From assembly GCA_904063045.1 (NCBI GenBank), contig CAJFCJ010000007.1, forward strand, positions 2,611,404-2,675,403: 64,000 nt of DNA, in the 5' to 3' direction. The notes beneath the pieces were generated by a model. That model made no database searches and was not told where the DNA came from. It worked only from the letters and a program-made list of their open reading frames with translations. The first letter of the stretch is position 1. Every line of letters begins with the position of its first letter. Shown here piece after piece: positions 55,290-64,000 of this stretch. Both the position numbers and the translations under genes were made by a program. This stretch comes from Dimorphilus gyrociliatus. Its lineage: Eukaryota; Animalia; Annelida.

Positions 55290-56604
55290 ATGGAAATTGA
55301 TAAAGAGGATTTTTCAACTTATAATGGATTAAATAAAAAAAAGTCAAAGTTAATTTTACACGTAGATTTGAGAAATACTATATTAGTAGCCGACAGTGTA
55401 ACCTCAACGACGGTTGAGCAGGGCCTCAACTCTTATATGACATGTGTTGCCTGGGGTAAAGTGAACGAGAATTCCGAATGGAGATGGATTAATGATAAAC
55501 TCAGTGTCGAACCTCCAGATTCAAATGCAATAAGCTATTATTCTTATCTCGAAAGTAAATTAGTACGAAATGCAAGGAATAGAGCTGCCTTACGAAAAGC
55601 TACAGGAGATTTTACACAAACACCAATTGGATCTCAATTTTATGATATATTTGAAAAACATAGAAAAATCTTAGAATGGAAACATAATAACGTACAGTAT
55701 TTAACTTTGGCTAACTCATATCACTACGCCTTACCATCATTTCTGGAGTGCTTGTATAAGCTGCAGGAAGACAAACGAGACTACTCTGTGATAATTCGAA
55801 CGTATGGATTGGATGCTAGGAACATGCTCAAAGCATTACATTCGACTACCAAAGGTAACCATCCGAGCTTTAAAAGTGTGTATATAATGGAATTATTCTA
55901 AATAATTTATCTGCTTTCTTTCCTTTCGGTTATAGTAATATTCAAAGTCTATTAATAGAATGAACTAACACTTTATATGAATCGATAATTGAAGCGTTAA
56001 CAATATCTATTCTAGTTAAGCAAAGATCAATAACATTGAAATCATTTAAAAGCTAAACTTAAGCATAATTTTTGAAAGTCTTGATCAAAAATAATTCCAT
56101 TATCTACCTTGAGACGAACTAAACTTGTCGGTAGCACTGGAACCAGGTTCTATAAGGAGGGAAGGTGATGATATTTTCGTTGAGTATGGTAATAGAACAA
56201 TGATAAACTGCAGGGAAATTTATAACTTTTGGACAGAATGGAATGGTATTTGCGCTTATGTGGACGATTTTCATTTTTGGCAGGAATCCGATTATCATTT
56301 TCGATCTGGCAAACCTCTATATCTTGATTTCAATGATCCAACTATACATCATATATTTTTTGATGACAACGCTAGATATGGAGATAGTCATAGCGTTGTA
56401 GACGCTCGACAACTTATAGGTTCACAGTCAAAGAGTCTCAATAGAGAGTCTTTGAACAAATTACATAATTCTGTGATAGTTCAAGCTGATTTACTAAGTG
56501 CCATATCAGATCGAAATTATTTTATTAATAATATTAAAATGTGTGAAGAAAATTATGAAAAATTACTTCAAGAATATAAGAATGATTCATCTTATCTTCA
56601 ATAG
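55290..56604 (+). CDS. Uncharacterised HAD-like protein, 2 exons
   Basis: Seen: KLILHVDLRNTIL (motif I-like), IIRTYG (motif II-like), HHIFFDDN (motif IV-like). The phase-1 intron at about 55876-56134 was inferred. Confidence 0.8.
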
Positions 56605-56958
56605 AATCACATACATATAAAATTATACTATTTTTCGGCACACTGCAGCAATATAAAGATATTTATGCAGTATATTCCAGTAGATATACTGTATATAATA
56701 TATTTTAAAAACTACTATATATTCACTTCATATTGTAGAACTGTTATAGTAAAGATACTTTTTCTTATTATAGTAAAAGGCGAAATATTAAAAAATCAAT
56801 CCATATGAAAAGTAGATTAATTAAACACAAAAATAATTATTTAATTTGTTAATTTGACAAACAATTAAAATGATTTATATTAGTCACTTAGTCTAATATA
56901 AGTCACTTAGAAAATGATCAAAGAAGAAGAGAGAATTGCAAAGCCTTCTGCAGCTGAA

Positions 56959-58981
56959 TTACAGTCGCTTATATTTACAAATCCCTGAAATCCAACATTG
57001 ATTCACTTTAACGTCAAGTAATGACTTTGGCTCTGTTATGATATCTTTATCTACAACGACGAAGTCGGCTAAATATCCAACTTTTAATTGACCTAAATCG
57101 TGCTCTCTTCTCGTTGTATATGCTCCGTCTGTTAAATATCAGTTTTTGTCAATTTATTGAAAAATGAACATACTAATAAATATTGGCACTAACTTTTTGT
57201 GTATAAATCAACAGCCTCCCTAATAGTCAAACATTCTTCTGGCCTTTAAAAAAGTTCAAAATAATAAATTTCTAAGAAATTCATATAACACTTACTTATG
57301 AACTTCTGTGCTAGTCCTACTACCGAGAGGTCTAAAAATTGCATCATACATGCCCCAAAAAGGGTTCCAATGTTCGACCGGACTATCGGAACCTCCAGCG
57401 CAAACGATTCCCTCTTTCATCAAAGTTTTCCATACATAGGCGTATTCTAAGAGAGGTTTAGGTAAACGAAGATGTAACCAGGCAGTATCGGTGGGTAAAA
57501 ATGGCGGTTGAATATTAGCAATAACTCCTTGTTTACGCATTCGAGGTAATAAGTCTTTTCTTAAAATCTGATATTCCATATAAATTCGAGTAATGTAAAA
57601 GAAATAGCAATTAAAATAGTCTTTACCTGACAATGAGTGAGGATAGGACGTTTGTTGGGATCAACTCCAACAGTTTCCAAAGCAGTTAATGCTGCATCTG
57701 CAGCTGCATCCCCTATAACATGTATTTCTAAACGATATCCAGCAGCTGTCACTTCACGAACCGCAGTATTCAACTCATCCTATAGTAAATTTATTTTCGT
57801 GTATCTATTTCCTAATTCTTCAACTGATCAATAATTATTAAAATAAAAACCTGTGACATTAATAGTAATCCTTTGTTTTTCTCATCATTTATATAATGCA
57901 TACTCATTGCTGCCGAAGATCCACCAAGAGAACCGTCACAAAAAATTTTTATCCTATCGCAACTTAGTAAATTCCCTAGAAAAATTTAAAATATCAAGGC
58001 ACATTTTCAATAAAGTTCTACTCTAAGTGTTTCCCTCTTACCGTATTGTTCTCCAGGGTATTTAGGAAGATTTTTTGATAAGCTTGAATAATATGAAGCC
58101 ATAAAAACTCTTATAGATAATTCCTTATTCCTTTCTATTGTGCATAATTCATTCCAAGAGGCGGCCTCATTAGAGTGTACAGAAGTTAAACCGGATTCTA
58201 AACAATTTTTCAATCCAATCTACATGATTATAATTATTAGGATGATGCGATTAGAGTCGTATTACATGGAACGTACTTTAAGGAATTTTATTAATGATTC
58301 CGGTTTCGAAATTGATTTCAGAACAATTGCCATAACAGGGTTGATTGCGTTCTCTCGGAGAATACCTGTAAGTTCTCCATTCGAATCTCTATCCAATGTT
58401 CCACCTTCAGGATCTTTTATATCCCGATTATAGCCTATCAAAATTGTTAAGATAATTTTAATAACTACACTCTATTATCAATATTGATGGGAACCTGCCA
58501 ATTTTAAAGCTGTTTTATTAACAACTGCAATATGATGACATATTCGATAGGCAAAAATAGGTTTATCTGATATCACATCTAAATCTTGCGAATTTGGCAG
58601 TCGTCCAAGTTTTTCCTGCTCCCACCCAGCGCAAAAAATCCATTCGGCATTAGGATTTTTTTTACAATAATTTGCAATTCTCTCCTGCATTTCCTTAATG
58701 GAGGAGCAGTTATTCAATTCGCAACTCCATATCTCTCGACCTATATTCGAAACGTGTATATGCGAATCATGCAATCCGGGTAAAATTCTTTGTCCACCAA
58801 TATCTATACTATTTGAAATTGTTAAACCGGATAAATCAGGTTTACCCACTCCAATTCTCTTAATATAACCAGAAATTTCATCAAATAGCATCCATTCAAA
58901 ATCAGTTTCGGAGTCCGAATTATAAATTTTAGCATTAAATATGCAAATTAATTTCTCTGTGTAATGGAATGCATTCGACAT
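56959..58981 (-). CDS. Metal-dependent amidohydrolase family 3 (YtcJ/LAF3-like), 8 exons
   Basis: Seen: ILPGLHDSHIH, GWEQEKL, RICHHIAVVNKTAL, TGILRE, GLTSVH, KIFCDGSLGG, EIHVIGDAA, LTHCQ, QPPF, GGSDSPVE, YTKNGAY, GQLKVGYLADFVV. Confidence 0.93.
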
Positions 58982-59362
58982 TTCAATAAGAACAAATTAC
59001 GATTTCAACTTATGTCGAAAAAAACGGGAGGCCCTCGGACAAAGGTAAAGGAAAGTAAAATACTCTTTTAAAAAAAACTGGTACAATCATTTGGCCGACT
59101 CAGAAAAGAGAATAAGTTAATTTTGTCATACTTTTCATAAAGATTAAACATTTAAAGTAGTAAGTTATTGGAGTCTGTGAGAATATAACGTACTTTTATA
59201 GGCTATAAATGAGTTATTGACAATTTAGAGTTTGTTGTCTCTTTTATAATTTACGGATAGTTCGCAAGATGGCAGTCAACGATAGTTTTGTTTACATCTG
59301 TTTCCAAGCGCCTAAAAAGCTTTATCAATTCCTTATTATTGTCGTTGATTTATTCGTATAGA

Positions 59363-61305
59363 ATGCCCCCAAAGAAGAAAAAGGGAAAAAAGGGTAAGAA
59401 GAAGAAGGAAAAAGCACCTCAAAAGACTTGGGAAGAGGCACTTTTGGAATATCAGTTTGTTTTACTTAAATTTCAATTATTAAAGATCATATATACAATT
59501 TTGTGTTTCCTTTGTGTTCTCTTTCCACAGTATTAGTTTGATAGAAAAACGAATTGATGACACTAGATACGAACTTCGAGGACTCGAAGAAAAGAATGAT
59601 AGGAACAAACAGAAGGTAAAGATATTTGATAAATTTTTTAATTATCACTCATATCACATGTTCACATAAGTTCTTCTTTAATAGATTGAACGTTTGACTG
59701 AAGAAAGAGATGAACACTCTAGGAATTTACTTGCTGAAGCGAAAGTTTATGAAAGAGAGCTTTCAGAACAGGAAATTGTTACAGAAGAACAAGTCATTGC
59801 AGTTATGAAGGATAAATATAAAAGTGAAGAAAAGGAGAAAGCAGATATAAAGAGTAAGGACATTTTTCAATCGGAAAATCTAATAATCTTACCCATTTTT
59901 TTCATTGTTCCCCTCTCTTTTTCTCTTTCTCTGTCTTCTAAATTACAGATCTTAAGAGTGCGTATGCTCGTATTGAAACCGAAATAATTAAAGTTCAAAA
60001 AGATGTAAGTAGGAATCTAGTTCGATTCGTTTTCTATTCTAAAAACTTATTTATTAGGTTGACTACTGGACTGAGTATAAGAATAAAGGTCAGTCGGATC
60101 ATAGTAAACAAATAATGCTATTAGAACAAGAGATTAAAGATATGGAAGAATCGTTTGATGAAATGGAGCGTTACCTGCACGTCAGTCACGAGAGGGCAAC
60201 GAGAGATTTACAGCTAACTGTTCGATCAGAGATAGAAAAGCAGAAAGAAGTTGCTACAGAGGTTAAACTCTATTTAATGCTTAGAGTACTCTTAATCTTT
60301 TATTCGATTTTAGAAAGCAATGGCTAAATTAGACAAGGACAGCCGTCTAGAAGTAATTGATAATGATTGGCTGAGAAAGGAAGTTGATATACATAAACAC
60401 GATGCTGACAATGCAGCCGTAGAAGTTGAAGAATTAGAAAAGGATAATATAAGAATAATGGAAGAACTCTTCCAATGCCACAGAGATGATTTAAAAATAT
60501 CTCAGTATGTCTAAAACACAAAAAAAAGGAAATAATCGTATTCTATATAGCTTTGTTAATTATTATTCTTATTTAAATAGGAGGTTTTATCTTACTCAAT
60601 TTGAAGATGGTGAAAATCTTGATGAACGAAGTCTTTTAGAAATCGATTTACAAGATTTATCGATCCATGACGCTAAACGCGGTAGTCAGCATGAAATTAA
60701 ACCATGTAATTAATATTAACTATTCAAAGAACTAATGCCATAATAAAGATTTAAATATTGCAGGGACGGAAGAGAATTTAACTCAAAAAAATATTACCCA
60801 AAAGCTTAAAAGACTGTTCACACCTGTGGAAGATGATAGAGAAAGCGATTGTAAGTTCTTTTTGTGATTATTTCAAAAGTTGTTAATACAATATAAATCA
60901 TATTAAAGATGATGGAGATAATAAAGATGGAGAGGAGAGCGACGATGAAGATCCTTTTGGCAATTATTTTCAATTTGATGACGAAGATTTTGATGTAAGC
61001 TATATAATAAAATTAACTTTTAGATTACAATCATCTCGTATTCACGACTATAGGATTATCTTCAACTCGGCCCAGTCGAATTGAAAATGCTACAAGTTGT
61101 TGGCTCAAAAATGCCTATTTATAAACCGAAAACACCATCCGCCGATGAGGTGAGATAAAAATTGATCAATTCCTTAAAATACTGACTGTTACTGATTACT
61201 AATACAATATTTGTTCTATAGATAAAATCTTTGGATTACAAGCCAGAAAATTGGCCTATTTCATCAACCATGTTAAAGAAGGCTTTGACAGGTGGTGCTA
61301 CCTAG
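59363..61305 (+). CDS. CCDC83: Coiled-coil domain-containing protein 83-like
   Basis: Seen after splicing: EEALLEYQ, VTEEQV..VMKDKYK, YWTEYKNKG...H.KQI, NDWLRKEVDIH, LKISQRFYLTQ. These motifs match my recollection of CCDC83. Confidence 0.82.
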
Positions 61306-61394
61306 AATTCCACCATCGTATATTCAATAAACTTGCGTTTGAGAGTTTAGATTTCGAAATAAATACATTTATTCTCTATTATTTAACAAAACAA

Positions 61395-62651
61395 TCATTT
61401 AGTAACATTCTTAAGGCATTCGTAAGCAGCGTTAAACAATTGTATAAATCTAGGGTCATCTCCTCTCGAGTATATTGTTGCGTAGTTTGTTAAATAAGCA
61501 AAGACTAATTCATTTTCTTTATCAGAGAATAAAGATTGACCACCAGCTCCCGAATGTCCATAGACTTTTTTTCCGCTTAAATTGGTTATGAAAAATCCAT
61601 GGGAAAAGAAGATTTTCACCTTAACAAGTATATTTTCACCGTCAGAAACAGGGGTTGTTATTAGATCTAATGTTTCGTTTTTAAGAATCTTTCCTGCTTC
61701 TAATAGAGAAAAGAATTTAGTCATACTACTGGTTGTAGAAAAACCTAAGCAACAGGCATCTGGAGCTCTTCTTTTATTTGGATTATTTACTGAATAATCT
61801 TCTAAATACATTGAAGGATATTTAACTGATTTTGCTAATGGGCTATTGGGATTAAGAAGGAGGCCAAAAGAAAGTTCTCGATACACGTGTGCATCGCTCC
61901 TTAAAAGTTCTGATGATAAAATTGGTATGCGCTCCATTCTCGTGGTCCTGTAATTTTCTTCATATGGTAGTCCAATAAAAGTGTCCAGGTTGTGTGGTAT
62001 TCCTATCTCTTCTCTAAAATATTGTGATAAGCCTCGTCCCTTGTTATCAACTCTCCTAACAATCAAATGCAAGAGTGCCCCATAAGTGAAAGCATGGTAG
62101 GCATGATCTTTACCAATTCTACAAGATGGTTCTTGATCCTCAAAGATTTTTTCAACAGCTTTAGGATTAACAATGAGATCTTCAGGATCGTAATTCTGGT
62201 CTACTAAAAATAGACAGGACCTATGAGTCAAAATATCACCAATTGTGATATCCTTTTTGCCATTCTTGGCAAATTCCGGCCAATACTTTGATACTGTATC
62301 ATCTAAAGACAATTGTTTTCTCTCGACCATATGCAAAATAATTGTAGCACCATACATCTTGGTACTAGAGAACAAAAGAGATAAAGTGTCAAAGTCCCAT
62401 TCAAGCAAAGAATCCTTATCAGCATAACCCCCAACAATATTAACCACTTCTTTTCCTTTATGGCGAACAGAGAAAGACGAACCCTTAATTTCACCTGCTA
62501 AAACTAACTCCTTAAATTTTTCCCCAACTTGTTCCCAACCTTTTTCAATTCTCATCTTAACGCTTGTTACTGGCGCTGGTTTTTCTTTCGTATAGTAGTT
62601 ATAAACGCCTATCGCAATTATTGCAAGCAAAACTGGCTTCACAAAACCCAT
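61395..62651 (-). CDS. Beta-lactamase/penicillin-binding-fold serine hydrolase (LACT-2/EstA-like), intronless
   Basis: Seen: N-terminal signal/anchor, FSSTK (SxxK), LDDTVSKYWPEFAKNGKKDITI.DILTHR, AYHAFTYG, GHSGAGGQ. Confidence 0.93.
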   Translation of the reverse strand: MGFVKPVLLAIIAIGVYNYYTKEKPAPVTSVKMRIEKGWEQVGEKFKELVLAGEIKGSSFSVRHKGKEVVNIVGGYADKDSLLEWDFDTLSLLFSSTKMYGATIILHMVERKQLSLDDTVSKYWPEFAKNGKKDITIGDILTHRSCLFLVDQNYDPEDLIVNPKAVEKIFEDQEPSCRIGKDHAYHAFTYGALLHLIVRRVDNKGRGLSQYFREEIGIPHNLDTFIGLPYEENYRTTRMERIPILSSELLRSDAHVYRELSFGLLLNPNSPLAKSVKYPSMYLEDYSVNNPNKRRAPDACCLGFSTTSSMTKFFSLLEAGKILKNETLDLITTPVSDGENILVKVKIFFSHGFFITNLSGKKVYGHSGAGGQSLFSDKENELVFAYLTNYATIYSRGDDPRFIQLFNAAYECLKNVTK

Positions 62652-63374
62652 AGCTTTAACTTCTCGAGGATTGCTTTAAACTGAATAGTAGTTTTTCAGT
62701 TGTATTAGACAATCTGCTTTTGAACTTTAAACTTATTTATTTATACTCAATCGTTGTCGCCACCTATTGAGAGATAAAACTGTACTAGTTGATACTCACC
62801 GAACCTTCTATGAAACTGTGGCGAAAATAGTCATTCAATCGAGTACTCATTAATATCGACCTACTATTATACTAATACATATTATTATATATATATACTG
62901 TATCTATATATACTTCATGTATGATTCCTACAACATTTTTACAACCGTTTTAGTGATGAGCAGAAAAGCTTGACTTATCTAATTTAGCGAAGTAGTCTTT
63001 AATCTAAATTTAAATAATTTCTGCATAAACTACGCCGATAAAAAGCTTGCCGATTAAGTGTAATATCGAAAGAATTGTGTCACTTTTACTCTATTTAGTA
63101 TGGTCTAATAATAGTAAGATAACCAGTGCAAAAGGTTAAAATATATGGACGATACATATGGTGCTGTTAGAACAAGTTGTGAACCTGATTTATTACTTTA
63201 ATTAAAATTATATACAATCTCATAGAGGACATTGCCCTGATAGAATATAGATTAAAAAAGGGAATAGTTGACAAGAAGAGAAACAGTATCAAATTATTCT
63301 TTGAGATTGTTCTTTGATATGTTAAAATATCCCTCTATTGATTTAATATATTTATTATCTTAGTTAAGTTAGTT

Positions 63375-64000
63375 TTAAATATAATAAGCTATATATAAAA
63401 TATAGAAAAACCTATTAAATAAATAAAGTACAGATGATGTATTACACAAATTACCATTACATAAACAAGTAGTTATATTACTTTCTTTACGCGTAGTTCT
63501 CTTTGTAAAACTATGACATCCAAGTGAATTTGGCCTTGGCGAGGATTCACACCATCTTTTCATCCAAGTGTAAGTTACTCCTGAATTGTATGCCTCCTAA
63601 AATTGATACGCAAAACAAAGCTATAATTATTATTGAAGAGGAACAAAAACTATATGTTACTTTAATAATTCTTTTGGCGCAATAGCCCCTACATTTATAA
63701 TCAACTCGAGTTAAGCCGCTGGATTTAGGTTTTCTGCAATTGTTAACGTCCTTTGTTGTTTCACCAATGATTTCGCATTCGAAACATTTTAGTATCTCTC
63801 CAAACCAGCAATCAGCAAATATCCCTTCGTCGCTAAATTGCCCACAATCATTTTTACCATCACAACGTAAATTACAGTCAATCTTTTTACCGTCAGAACA
63901 AATATACATATTTTCTTCATTACAATACCCCCATGATTGCGGTCTTTTTAAATCTTGACGTTGAACATCATCAATTTCTATATATCTCCTTTGAACATCT
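63375..64000 (-). CDS. LDL-receptor class A module + Ly6/three-finger (Quiver-like) domain + putative GPI signal; 5' end beyond the window
   Basis: Seen: CNEENMYICSDG...RCDGKNDCGQFSDE...C, then CFEC...C...CRGYC...|...WC...GC...CLCNGNLCN (10 Cys), then TSS and a hydrophobic tail. One phase-0 intron. Confidence 0.82.

Noticed and set aside
62950-63060. GTGATGA C-box-like motif as a C/D snoRNA
   Set aside because: There is no downstream CTGA D box or terminal stem within range, and the site is intergenic.

Overview
Eukaryotic (metazoan) genomic DNA from a very compact, AT-rich, gene-dense genome. I count about 29 protein-coding genes in 64 kb. Most spliceosomal GT-AG introns are about 50-70 nt and intergenic gaps are often only 90-550 bp. 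I recognised no transposon, tRNA, rRNA or CRISPR array. The gene set (Ly6/three-finger, EGF, VWDE-like, BAF57, CCDC83) is animal. The compaction pattern would fit a miniaturised invertebrate such as a meiofaunal annelid, but that is a guess. Gene order: CMTR2(-, runs off left edge), TFDP/Dp(-), RPL27(+), PLEKHH/MAX-1(-), DRAK/STK17(+), TOMM70(+), heptad-repeat orphan(-), ~1250-aa coiled-coil(-), ATP5ME(+), small 2-TM ORF(-), intronless DHX8(+), MRPL39(-, largely invisible in the ORF track), VWDE-like(+), BORCS5(-), orphan(-), SEC14L/GOLD(-), ATE1(-), SMARCE1(+), two orphans, TLC-domain(+), EGF-TM(+), CYP4(-), FAM91A1(-), HAD-like(+), YtcJ-like amidohydrolase(-), CCDC83(+), beta-lactamase-family(-), LDLa+three-finger protein(-, runs off right edge). 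The strongest unusual signal is in ATE1. It has two tandem paralogous exons separated by only 28 nt, a likely mutually exclusive pair. GC-rich complementary intronic elements on either side of the pair could form a 13-bp RNA duplex over the first exon's branch-point region. All exon structures were assembled by eye and need RNA-seq confirmation.
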